Below, piece after piece: positions 17,101 through 25,429 of a stretch of 58,481 nucleotides of DNA. The stretch covers positions 1 to 58,481 of the IMG/VR virus record IMGVR_UViG_3300030233_000054. One strand, written 5' to 3'. The position numbers and the translations under genes are program-made. Every line of letters begins with the position of its first letter. Position 1 is the first letter of the stretch. The notes under the pieces were generated by a model, which had not been told where the DNA came from, searched no databases, and worked only from the letters and a program-made list of their open reading frames with translations. This DNA is from a virus (Duplodnaviria; Caudoviricetes).

Positions 17101-20100
17101 TGTGCCGCATCCTTCGCGTCTCCGCCCTCCAGGTATGCCTTGGCCGCGTTGTCAATGTATTCTTTAGCGTCCTGTTCGCTGAACGGATCGAAGGGCTTTT
17201 GAGAATTGAGGTAAACCGGAAGGACGTTGCCGCCACGATGGAAGTTTGGCGGTCCTTTACGGTCGCTTGATTCGTTCGCATACTTCTCCGTGATCTTGGG
17301 ATCTGGAGTGAAGAAAATTAACGGCTGCTGGCGCTTGTACTCGGGAGCGTTCGACTCTTCCGCCTCTACGCGGTTGAGTCCGTCGCCGTAATAGGAGGGC
17401 TCAAACGCTTCAATGCCGACACGGTTGGTGCCATGGTAGACCACCTGGGGATTACCTTCTACATCCACCACTTTGCTGTCGCCAAACCAGTTCTTGAACT
17501 CAGGGTTGCCGGTTTGGGCCGCAGCGAGGGGGCGGGCAAATTTCTGATCTCCCCGCAAAATGGCTTCGGCTTCCCGAATAACCTCATCCAGAAGCGGACT
17601 TGCCGCCTTGGGAGACAGGGCGATGCGCTTCAGTTCTTCGATGGCCGCTTGAACCCATTGAACAACGCGATTGTACGCCTTCTGCGCAATGCCTTCGGTG
17701 GTCGATCCTGAATTGCGAAGCTGGATCGCCATCCTGCCAATCTCAAACATCGCCTGGAATGGGTTCGCATCGAATGCCTCGACAACTCGCGGGAGGTCAG
17801 CCTCCTTCATGGGCAGTAGATTCCTGGGCTGGTAATAAATATTGAAGGCGTCTATCAGTGCCTTTTTGCCCTCCTCGGTCGAGGCAAGCTCGGCAAGCAT
17901 TTTTTGGCTTTCTGCTTGCGCATATTCAAATGTGGACATTCCCTTGGGCGCTTTCCTATCCAGCGCCTTGGCCCACGCCCCGTGGATAAGCTCCTCCTGA
18001 AGCACGGCCTCAACATGCTCTTGGGAGATGGGGACTTTCGAGTTAGCGAAATAGCCTTCTGCGAGATACAGGGCGTTCTCAGACATGCGGTACATCGCAA
18101 AGTCATTGAAGCCAGCGCTTTTCGCCTCAGCATCAGACAAGACGTTAATCTTGACTCCGAGCGAATTGAATCCCGGAGACATCTGCTTCAACGCGCTTCG
18201 GACTACCCGAAGATTGCTGTCCGAATGTTTTCCGCCTCCGCCTTGGACGGGGTCAGATCGCTTGGATGCGAAGAGCTGTAGTCGGACTCCCGTCCCGCTT
18301 CCGGCAAAAGATTCTGCGGCTTCTTGTGTGGCGGGGGCATCACTGGCGCTTCCTGGAAGGTTTGTGGTGTCGCGCTCATTGGAAATAGTATCATCTTCCC
18401 GCTTGCCGGTGTCAAGACGACGTGCAAACAACATGGGCTTGATGTCGCGCTCGGTATAGCCCCGGTTCCTCAGCCGGTTGCGCATGATCTGCCGGGCGGT
18501 CTTCAGTTGGTTGGAGATGAACTGATTGCTGGCGCCAAGTTCCTGAGCCAGTTCCTGCTGTGTTTTGCCCTCGGCAATACCCTTGAGGATCGCCCGCTTT
18601 CTGGGGTTCTGAATCTTCTCCAGCTCCTCGGCTGCCACACGCGAAAGCTCGTTCAACTGCGCTTCCTCAGCCGACGTGCGCACGCCTTCGTCCGGCACCT
18701 GGTCCTTGAAGGATTCCTCGGCATCGTCGTACAGCGCCACGTCGAGCAGCGCCCGCTCCGGGTTCTTGCTGGAGCTGCGGAAGAGCGACTTTAGCCGGTT
18801 GCGCACGGCGGTTTGGGCGTACGGCACAAAGTCGCCGGCATCCGGCGTGTAGACGCCAGCCGCATCCATCAGCGCCTGTATCGCCTCCTGATTCACGTCC
18901 TGCGGATCGGTGGCGGGAATGTTGCGGAAAGACTTGGCGATACGCTCCGCGTTCGGAATGGTTTCCTCCACCATCCGGCTGATCACCGCCTGGGCGTTCT
19001 CGATGAGCCGATTCTGATTCGCATTCGGCTCAGCGTCTGATCCTTTCAGGCGCTCGCGAACGCGCAGACGGCGGCGCAGAGCGATCTTCTCCGGGCCGCT
19101 CAGCTCGACCTTTTCAACCGGGGGCTTGGTGCTTAGGGGGCGGGCGGATTTTTGCTCTCCAGCATCTTTTTCTGCCATTCCGGCATCGACCTCTCCCATG
19201 ACGGCATTGGAAGCGCTCCCTCCTTCTCCTTGGCCCTGGCCGTCACCACGCGCTCGATCACGTACAGGAGCATTTCCGTCTTGTCCTTCGGCTTCTCCTG
19301 AAGGTGATTGACTAACATCTCGTCTTCCATCCCAATCAGGAAGTCGTTCGCCCAAAACACTTCTTTCGCCACCATTTGCTCCGCTTCGGTTAAGCGAAAC
19401 TCGTCCCATGTCTTTGACAGGAGAAGTAGATGTGCGATCAGTAGACCCGTCTTGCTGTCCTTGTCCATCTCGCTCCAGAGGTAATTCGCCATCGCTTTGA
19501 TGCTCTCGCTGTCGGTCGGCTCGAAGACTTCTCGCGGCTTTTTGAGTGCCGCCATTGTCTGTCGCGCTTTCTTCGGTACTTCTGGGTACATTTTCATCGT
19601 AGTATTCTTTGGTAATGACTCCATCAGCAAGAAGCTCATCAAATAGCTCTTGCTTGGTTTTGTTGGACGGTACTTCTTTAGTATCGCTTTCTTCTTCGGT
19701 TTTTTCAATCAGCCTTCTGGAAATCAGGATCTCCGTGTGGCCCTCAAGCAAGTACGACAGGTAAAGATGGTTCCTGTCCATGATCTTGAGGTTTTCGTCT
19801 ACCGGGACAAATTCTGGCTCCTTGCCTTCAGCCGCACGCTTGCGGATTTCTGCTCGCGTTCTAGGTATATGCTTGGCGTCAATGAAATCCTGATTTCGAG
19901 TGATCGTGTTGATGGGCAACTTCTGGACAATATGTAGGACGCCAACTGGTGTTCTACGCACAAAACCACCGGATGGTAAATCCTGTCGCTCTTCCGCCTC
20001 CAACCCCTTCCCGATCTCCAACGCCTCCGCATCATGGGAGGTATCAACTTTCGGGCGGTCCTTCCCGTACTTCGGAACGGCGGTGGGATTCTTCGGATCA

Positions 20101-23100
20101 ATGAAGACGCCTGGGACAATCTCCTTCAGCCCGGCTAGTTCTGGCTGTAGTCCCCGCTCAGGATCTTTTGCACCAGCTCCTCGCTGGTCTGCGCCTTCAC
20201 CCGGCTCTTGGCGTGCTTGATCAGCCGCGCCGTCTCCAGAAACGCCACGCTGTTCTTGTTCGCCCACCATGTCGCGTCCTGAGTCTGCGCGAGCGTCAGA
20301 TCGGCGGGCTCGATCAGGAACGTCACGATCAGCTCCATCCAGCTTCTTTCTGGGCAGCTTGGCGGCGTCTCCGGGTTTTCGTTGTCCGGTTTCATCATCC
20401 TTGGCAGTAGACTGTGCGGTGTCATCATCGCGTTGTCCACTACGGGATTTGGGCTTCGTTCCCAATGGGGATTTTGTGCCACTATCTTTGATCAGGGATT
20501 CAACCTGGTCAACGATGGCCTGCACTTCTTGGGGAAGCTTGCCTTCAAACAGTTCGCGGAGGCGCTGGACAAAAGCACGCAGGTAGTTGGCAAATCCTTG
20601 GGGGACCTTGCCGCGCTTCAGCAGCTCAATGTAATTGGCTGCCGCTTCAGTGCTGCCCTCAAGCCGGGCCTGCACAGCGGCGCGGACGGCTTCCGAGAAG
20701 ATATCCGCGTCGCTCAGTCCCTTCGGGCGCTGCTTTCCCTTGCTTTGGATGAAGCGCTTCCCGGCCTCCGGGTCGTTCACGTAATTCGAGATGACGGCCT
20801 CCAGAAACTCCGGGTTCGCCCGGCGCAGTCCATCGACCTGAGATCGAACATAGCCCTTCAGCGATCTGCCGGACTTCTTTGCCTGGGCGACGGTGACTTG
20901 ATTCTCAATCGCGTGCACCACCTCTTCCAGGGCGACCTGCTCCACATAGGCGTCGAATTGCTCCGGCGTGGGGGCAAAGTCAAGTTGACCGGCCATCACC
21001 TCGTCATTGTCGGAAACAACGATTTGATTGGACTGCGGGTCAAAGCCAAACGGGCCATCGCCTCGGGTCTTGGTTGCGGCCACTTGGGGGGCTACGCCGA
21101 TCTGTTTCAAGATGGGCGCGTACTTGCTCACGGCGGCATTGAGCTTCGCCCGCACGCCCTCGGCATCCACCGTTCCACGTGGAACAACTGTATAATTTCC
21201 ATTGGCTTCCGTTACCTTCACCCACCCGGCTGATTCCAACTGTTTCCAGTCGTTTAGTTCCTCCGGGCTGGTGACGGTAATCGGCTTGCCTCCGGCCTGG
21301 CGCAGCGCAGCGCCAAAGGTTGTCCCGTCCTCGCGGGTATCGGCAAGGCTTACCGGGGGGAGTCCCTCGGATTCTCCGGCAACCTGCTGAACAGCTTCGC
21401 CGCCCTGTCCGTCTGGCGCTGCATCCATTGCAGGTACGTCCTCGGCTGCTTCGGCTTCTTGGGTGGCCAGTTCTTCTTGGGCATTAGCTCGGTCCTCGTT
21501 GATGGCGCGGGTGTTCTCGGCAAAGCGGAGAGCAGTCGGGGCCACGTTGCGTAGGCGGTTGAGCCCGGCATCTGTCAGCACCACCTGCCCGTCCTTGCCG
21601 CGTTCGGCCAGCGGTTGGCCGGTAGTGGCGTCCACGGTGCCTGTGAGCTGCGCCGCTTCGGTTTCGGTGAGTTGCTGCCCGGAATGGGCTCGTGTGGCCA
21701 ACAGGACGGCGGTACGAGCTTCCGCGTCCTGCTCCGGGGTGGCGTCCACCGCTGGACTGGTGACGCCGTAAATCTCCTGTGCCGCAGCACTGGCAAGTCC
21801 AAGGTCGGCCTGGGCTTCGGTGGTGACCTGCCCCGCTTCAACCAGACGCCCCATGGCCACACTGCGCTGAGGCAGCACGGCGGCATTGTTGCCCTTAGCC
21901 TTCTCTTCGGCCTGCTTCATGACAGCGTCCGCCTCCAGCATGGCCTGTCCGGTCATCTGCACGGCGGATTCGATCTCACCCAGGCGCTCCGGCCCGACGA
22001 GTTGCGCCGTGGTCTGCACCACTTCATTGCCGCCCGGATTCTTGAGGGTGGTGACAGCGGCGGCCACATCCGTCATGCGAGGCAGGATGTTCAAGCCTTG
22101 GGCTTCGTAGTGCGCCCGGAGCTTCTTGCTCATCTCCTTGAGGTTGGCGTGCTTGGCGTCCCGCATGTTGCCCGCCACGCCGGGAATGCTGAACGCGAGC
22201 GCCGCCCACAGGCTGCCCTTCAGGATGTCCTCGAAATTCTCACTGGCACGCTCACCACGGATCGAGGCTTCCAGCATCTCGCTGACCGTCTCCCCAGTGA
22301 AAGCCCCGGCACCTTGCAGCATCGTCCGCATGATCGGGCGGCGGGTCAGGTCCACCATGTTGCCGATCTTGCGCTCAAGTTGGTTGCCGGCACCCTCGAC
22401 GGCGCGAAGCGTCAGGGCGTTTCCGGTGATGCTCATGACGCGGTTGAGGAATCCCATGTCCGCCCGGTTCTCGCTGAAGGACTGCCCCGCTCCAAAGAGG
22501 CCGTAGCCGCCCAGGTTGCCGATCTCGGATGCCAGCCCTTTTCCCTTGCCTTTGCCGAGCGCCCTACTCACCGCACGGCCAACGCCCATCTTGGCGGCGG
22601 GCTGGCCGATCAGCGCCCGCCCCAGGTTGCGGCTGATGATGAACGCGCCCACCGATCCGAACACTTGCCCGGCCAAGGCGCTTTCCTTGTACTGGTCGCT
22701 GGAGAGAAGTTGCAGGATCTCGCTGCGCAAGGCAGTGCGCATGGCCACCTGCTGGGGATCGTTCTCGTCAATCGCGACATTAAACCCGCCTTCACCCAGC
22801 AGCATGAGCAGGGAACTGTTGAAGTTTTCCATGGTGGCGTAAGCCTGGCCCTTCACGCCGCCTTCCTTCATCACGTTGACGAAATTCTGTAGGCTCTTCA
22901 GGTTCTTGCGGCCAGAGCGGCGCACCTTGACATCCATCGGCGTGGTGTCGCCCTTGACGTGGAAATTGATGTCGCCAAACCCGCCCCACCCCTTAGGTAC
23001 GATGTCCTGCCCCTCGGCAAGCTGCTGCTGGTACTGGTCCGCCTTGAGAAGAGCTTGAGCGGCAGACTCGCCTTTGAGGCTGCCAATGAGTTCCGTTGCT

Positions 23101-24902
23101 TCGTTTGCTTTCGCCTGCCGCTCAATATCTTCACTCCGCACGCCAAGGGCGACACGGAAAAACTCTCCCGGCCCCGTCAGGGCGAAGTCCAAGCTGGAGC
23201 TGATCTTCTCCCAAAAGCCTGCTTTGGGATCGTTGTGGACCTGGGCGCGGCGCTGGTGGCTGTCCTTGATCCGCTGCTGGGCATCCCGGTAATTCTGCCC
23301 GTCGCTGTCGTAGTTAAAGACGCCCATCTCCGAGCGGTTGGCCTGCTGGTATTCTTCCAGCCGGGCAGCAAGCTGACGGGCACCTTCAGCTTTGGCTTGC
23401 TCGATACCCTCCATCACCTCGCCCGTGGCGCTCTCCAAATCCTGGCGGAAGTTGAGGATGTCCCCGACGCGGGCCATGCCCGGAACTAGTTCGTCAATGC
23501 GCTCGTCAATCTCCTCGCGTTGAATTTCGTCGAAGATCGGCTCACCCGGCTTTGGATCGACCTGCCGTGCCTCGTCGCCAAGGATGCGGTACGCCTCCTG
23601 GATGTTCTCGTAGGCGTTCTGAATCTCACTCTCCATGGGCTCGTCGCGCTGGCGCTGGAACTCAATGCGGCGGCGTCCCTCTTCCAAAAGCGTGCGGGCG
23701 TACTGCTTGTCCTTTTTCGCGTGGTAGCCTCGGCGTCCGGCCTCGACTCGCGACGGGTCTTTGCCTTCAGCCTTCGCCCGCTCGCGTTCCTCGGGGGAAA
23801 GCGTGAGGTGATCTTCCAGCGCCTGTTCACGCCGCTCATCAGCGGACGGCGGCGCGTTCTGCGCCATCTGCTGGGGAGCTGGCCGGGACGGCATACGCAG
23901 GGGATTCTCGATGTAATCCACCTTCGCCTGCTTGGCTCCGATCTCGGCCCGCTTTAGTTCGCGGTACTTGGCCTCATCATCATCGTGGGCGGCGCTGAGT
24001 TCGTTGCGCTGGGTGAGCAGGGCTTCACGGGCCTTGAGGAGCTTCTTCTTTTCTGCATGCGCCTGGCGCTCTTCCTCGGTGATCGGATCGTACTCGGTCA
24101 GCTTGTCCAGTTCCTTCAGGCGGGAATCTGACGCCTTCAACTTGTCCTCGACTTCGCGCAGGGCATCGCTCGACTCGCCGCGCTTCAGGTACTGCTGCTG
24201 TCGCGCCAGCTCGGCCTTGTCCTCGGCAGCGGAAAGCATGTCTTTTCTACGGCCAATAGCAGGCTTGATGATCGCCTCCTGCTCGCGCTTGAGGATGTCC
24301 TGCTCCAGCTCCGCGTTCGCGGGCTTGCGGGCAGTCAACGGGTTGGTGATGTCCGCCACGGCCTGTTGCGTCACGTCCTTGAGCGGCAGGGTCTTGATGC
24401 GTGTGCCCTTGGTGTCGATGGGCGTCTGCACGATCTGCCCGGCGTCGTTCAGTTCGCGCTTGCCCCGGTACGGGTCGATCTTCTGGATCTTTCCCCGGTC
24501 GTCACGCTTCTTAATGTACGCCGGACCAATCGGAGGCTGCTCGACGCCAAGTTCCTTCGGCTCGTACTTCAGGCTGCCGTCTTGGTGGCGGTCGGCAATG
24601 GGCGTTGTCACCACCCCGTCAACAGTCGGGTTGTACTCGGAGCGCTCCTTGAAGCTGACGCCGGTTTCGCGGTACTGGCGAATCTGGTTGCGGATGCGGG
24701 CTTGTTCCTTGAGCTTGAGCAGACGGGCGCGTTCAGCCTTTTCCTTAGCAAGCTGCTTCTCGCGCTCCTTGCGCTGCGCCTCCATCCTGCGGGCAAGGGC
24801 TTCCTGCTCCTGCTCTCGCTGGCGCTGCAACCGCTGCTCATTCGCAACCGCGCTGGATGCTACACGGCGATTGTAACGGTCAAGTGGGGTGTTAAGAGCC
24901 AT
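14157..24902 (-). CDS. Giant polyvalent (probably virion-ejected) protein: coiled coil, two zincin-like EExxH domains, ParB-like, sigma70-like, ADP-ribosyltransferase and LPD38-like domains
   Basis: 3581 aa; LEEVVHAIE and QEELIHGAW; FKNWFGDSKVVD..GNPQVVYHGT...GYDGI...FEPNQIKSATGN; C-terminal YAKIPLPYG...NRDFADRPIYPE. Confidence 0.85.
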   Translation of the reverse strand: MALNTPLDRYNRRVASSAVANEQRLQRQREQEQEALARRMEAQRKEREKQLAKEKAERARLLKLKEQARIRNQIRQYRETGVSFKERSEYNPTVDGVVTTPIADRHQDGSLKYEPKELGVEQPPIGPAYIKKRDDRGKIQKIDPYRGKRELNDAGQIVQTPIDTKGTRIKTLPLKDVTQQAVADITNPLTARKPANAELEQDILKREQEAIIKPAIGRRKDMLSAAEDKAELARQQQYLKRGESSDALREVEDKLKASDSRLKELDKLTEYDPITEEERQAHAEKKKLLKAREALLTQRNELSAAHDDDEAKYRELKRAEIGAKQAKVDYIENPLRMPSRPAPQQMAQNAPPSADERREQALEDHLTLSPEERERAKAEGKDPSRVEAGRRGYHAKKDKQYARTLLEEGRRRIEFQRQRDEPMESEIQNAYENIQEAYRILGDEARQVDPKPGEPIFDEIQREEIDERIDELVPGMARVGDILNFRQDLESATGEVMEGIEQAKAEGARQLAARLEEYQQANRSEMGVFNYDSDGQNYRDAQQRIKDSHQRRAQVHNDPKAGFWEKISSSLDFALTGPGEFFRVALGVRSEDIERQAKANEATELIGSLKGESAAQALLKADQYQQQLAEGQDIVPKGWGGFGDINFHVKGDTTPMDVKVRRSGRKNLKSLQNFVNVMKEGGVKGQAYATMENFNSSLLMLLGEGGFNVAIDENDPQQVAMRTALRSEILQLLSSDQYKESALAGQVFGSVGAFIISRNLGRALIGQPAAKMGVGRAVSRALGKGKGKGLASEIGNLGGYGLFGAGQSFSENRADMGFLNRVMSITGNALTLRAVEGAGNQLERKIGNMVDLTRRPIMRTMLQGAGAFTGETVSEMLEASIRGERASENFEDILKGSLWAALAFSIPGVAGNMRDAKHANLKEMSKKLRAHYEAQGLNILPRMTDVAAAVTTLKNPGGNEVVQTTAQLVGPERLGEIESAVQMTGQAMLEADAVMKQAEEKAKGNNAAVLPQRSVAMGRLVEAGQVTTEAQADLGLASAAAQEIYGVTSPAVDATPEQDAEARTAVLLATRAHSGQQLTETEAAQLTGTVDATTGQPLAERGKDGQVVLTDAGLNRLRNVAPTALRFAENTRAINEDRANAQEELATQEAEAAEDVPAMDAAPDGQGGEAVQQVAGESEGLPPVSLADTREDGTTFGAALRQAGGKPITVTSPEELNDWKQLESAGWVKVTEANGNYTVVPRGTVDAEGVRAKLNAAVSKYAPILKQIGVAPQVAATKTRGDGPFGFDPQSNQIVVSDNDEVMAGQLDFAPTPEQFDAYVEQVALEEVVHAIENQVTVAQAKKSGRSLKGYVRSQVDGLRRANPEFLEAVISNYVNDPEAGKRFIQSKGKQRPKGLSDADIFSEAVRAAVQARLEGSTEAAANYIELLKRGKVPQGFANYLRAFVQRLRELFEGKLPQEVQAIVDQVESLIKDSGTKSPLGTKPKSRSGQRDDDTAQSTAKDDETGQRKPGDAAKLPRKKLDGADRDVPDRARRSDARADSGRDMVGEQEQRGVSGDGAADQARQEPGEGADQRGAGAKDPERGLQPELAGLKEIVPGVFIDPKNPTAVPKYGKDRPKVDTSHDAEALEIGKGLEAEERQDLPSGGFVRRTPVGVLHIVQKLPINTITRNQDFIDAKHIPRTRAEIRKRAAEGKEPEFVPVDENLKIMDRNHLYLSYLLEGHTEILISRRLIEKTEEESDTKEVPSNKTKQELFDELLADGVITKEYYDENVPRSTEESATDNGGTQKAARSLRADRQREHQSDGELPLERDGQGQQDGSTDRTSTSPVKDMGRVSLNRSGANGGERSVLGERLPDWDGRRDVSQSPSGEAEGQDGNAPVRDRARGDGQGQGEGGSASNAVMGEVDAGMAEKDAGEQKSARPLSTKPPVEKVELSGPEKIALRRRLRVRERLKGSDAEPNANQNRLIENAQAVISRMVEETIPNAERIAKSFRNIPATDPQDVNQEAIQALMDAAGVYTPDAGDFVPYAQTAVRNRLKSLFRSSSKNPERALLDVALYDDAEESFKDQVPDEGVRTSAEEAQLNELSRVAAEELEKIQNPRKRAILKGIAEGKTQQELAQELGASNQFISNQLKTARQIMRNRLRNRGYTERDIKPMLFARRLDTGKREDDTISNERDTTNLPGSASDAPATQEAAESFAGSGTGVRLQLFASKRSDPVQGGGGKHSDSNLRVVRSALKQMSPGFNSLGVKINVLSDAEAKSAGFNDFAMYRMSENALYLAEGYFANSKVPISQEHVEAVLQEELIHGAWAKALDRKAPKGMSTFEYAQAESQKMLAELASTEEGKKALIDAFNIYYQPRNLLPMKEADLPRVVEAFDANPFQAMFEIGRMAIQLRNSGSTTEGIAQKAYNRVVQWVQAAIEELKRIALSPKAASPLLDEVIREAEAILRGDQKFARPLAAAQTGNPEFKNWFGDSKVVDVEGNPQVVYHGTNRVGIEAFEPSYYGDGLNRVEAEESNAPEYKRQQPLIFFTPDPKITEKYANESSDRKGPPNFHRGGNVLPVYLNSQKPFDPFSEQDAKEYIDNAAKAYLEGGDAKDAAQAKGFAESDIKAMRRNPEDSWPEIETRVGMIRQLGYDGIRLTEEGAPTIAVFEPNQIKSATGNQGTFDPHNGDIRYARSLSRMGDFDGYADPGMMQDLLETNQGWTQKLRSDLEGKGQAIKAEADRLLSMFADRFLPLKRVQEAIENGLGRPLKESENPYLGQSLYSGKAGEALDQIKWKYKEPVIDLMTANNLTLDEVEDYLYARHAIERNHVIAQRNPAFLDGGSGMLTAEAKAIIKDSESGDKGDTFKQIGELMDGLAKFSMRKRKEGQLLAPEEFEAWSQYKHYIPLRGLDEAADGTEPGNPKQGAGFNIRGKESEMALGRKSRATDLLAHAFMVAEEAAVRSHKNQVALQFHELVKNNPNDDYWAIDPVAVRPVFSKATGLVEYKLTKQAQRLVGSNSIKLKVDGKPVTILIKDERVAKALSNLDAEKLTGLAKLAGHFNRLLSALNTSYSLDFVVRNALRDFQTASVHLQKYGKAKFFKDVVRDYPKALRGAYDGLKGKEATEWQKHFREYAKAGGKVSFFKIDDVQNQAKNFNRELALRKNTPGAISMRSIRGIMNLVERGNQAVDNAVRLSTYVNARKHLGMSPAEAASVARNLTVDFNKRGSLGPTMNAFYLFFNASVQGNLVIYNNLKNKRVRQVVYAIVAQGFALDLLNSFLSPEDEDGELVYDKIPEYEKSRNMIFMLPNGDYAKIPLPYGYNVFTDAGRNLSALTRGKKTPLEASMGTLTTAAEATNPFGGVNSLGNFLAPTLFDPIVDLYRNRDFADRPIYPENSYDTRPPSEQYYPSASPMSVALSRKLNQLTGGDDFAKGSFSYSPHVWDYMFGQLTGSAGREWLIRVPNLASKLFDGEPLEYNEVPVLRTVVGAKPTWMDKRLFYDRVREIEDISRQYKQHRKSGNADRVQEIRESKSALLRLSDQAKNAKKALKGVRERREQVSASKLDDAKKKEILDSLDQREKRIIDSLNRAYLQAATDSH
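18203..18379 (-). CDS. Nested +1-frame small protein (58 aa) inside giant gene
   Basis: MSATPQTFQEAPVMPPPHKK...ENIRTAIFG; consensus-like promoter 7 nt upstream. Confidence 0.55.
   Translation of the reverse strand: MSATPQTFQEAPVMPPPHKKPQNLLPEAGRESDYSSSHPSDLTPSKAEAENIRTAIFG
18387..18415 (-). promoter_or_regulatory. Intragenic sigma70 promoter TTGACA-N17-GATACT
   Basis: -35 at 18410-18415, -10 at 18387-18392, ATG at 18379. Confidence 0.7.
19133..19597 (-). CDS. Nested +1-frame helical protein (about 154 aa) inside giant gene
   Basis: Amphipathic globular sequence where the main frame is R/G/D/Q/S low complexity; start uncertain. Confidence 0.6.
   Translation of the reverse strand: MKMYPEVPKKARQTMAALKKPREVFEPTDSESIKAMANYLWSEMDKDSKTGLLIAHLLLLSKTWDEFRLTEAEQMVAKEVFWANDFLIGMEDEMLVNHLQEKPKDKTEMLLYVIERVVTARAKEKEGALPMPSWERSMPEWQKKMLESKNPPAP
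20135..20428 (-). CDS. Nested +1-frame protein (about 97 aa) inside giant gene
   Basis: SWMELIVTFLIEPADLTLAQTQDATWWANKNSVAFLETARLIK... globular where the main frame is low complexity; start uncertain. Confidence 0.55.
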   Translation of the reverse strand: MMTPHSLLPRMMKPDNENPETPPSCPERSWMELIVTFLIEPADLTLAQTQDATWWANKNSVAFLETARLIKHAKSRVKAQTSEELVQKILSGDYSQN

Positions 24903-24908
24903 GTCCGG

Positions 24909-25388
24909 CTAGTAGGCAAAGGCGAGCTTTTTTTTCTTTTCCTCGACAGGGCGAGCCCACGCCGGGCGCAGGTCAACGCTGGCCTGAAAGGCGGGCTTGT
25001 CGGTCGGGCGCTTGGTCACGTTCTTGAGCGGGGAACCTGGTTTGTTTTTCGGGAACCGGCCTGACGGGGTGAGGGGATTCTTAGCCTTATTCTTCAACAG
25101 TCCGCCATCCATATTCGAGGCGTATCCGCTGGGGACCGACTTCGGCTTATCTTCCTTGGGAGGCTTGGGGGCCATCTGGCGCTTGGTCCGGGCTAAGCTG
25201 GGGCGAACGTCAATCTGTTTTGGCCTTGAAAAGCGCGTGTCCAGGCTACCGCTGCTCTGACCGCCCGAGGTGAAGGTGCGCGGGAACGGGCTCTGTGCGC
25301 CGCGCTGAGAGCGCTGGTAGGGATTGGCGGCAGAGGTGACGCGGCGGGTGGTCAGGGGGTTCTCGATTTCAAGAGGCTTGCGACGCAT
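24909..25388 (-). CDS. Basic K/R/P-rich protein (possible internal virion protein)
   Basis: Directly upstream of giant gene; 14-bp motif upstream. Confidence 0.55.
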   Translation of the reverse strand: MRRKPLEIENPLTTRRVTSAANPYQRSQRGAQSPFPRTFTSGGQSSGSLDTRFSRPKQIDVRPSLARTKRQMAPKPPKEDKPKSVPSGYASNMDGGLLKNKAKNPLTPSGRFPKNKPGSPLKNVTKRPTDKPAFQASVDLRPAWARPVEEKKKKLAFAY

Positions 25389-25412
25389 ACGGGTAGGATG
25401 GACTTCTAAGGG

Positions 25413-25426
25413 TTATTTGTCAATAC
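25413..25426 (-). promoter_or_regulatory. GTATTGACAAATAA motif copy 3
   Basis: Exact, 24 nt before ATG 25388 (TTGACA-N17-CATCCT-N6-ATG). Confidence 0.75.
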
Positions 25427-25429
25427 CGC

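Noticed and set aside
17012-18133. Other +1-frame ORFs in the giant gene (17012-17281, 17855-18133; also 19799-20119)
   Set aside because: R/S/T/P-rich off-frame composition where frame 0 is a folded domain, the reverse of the three accepted nested ORFs
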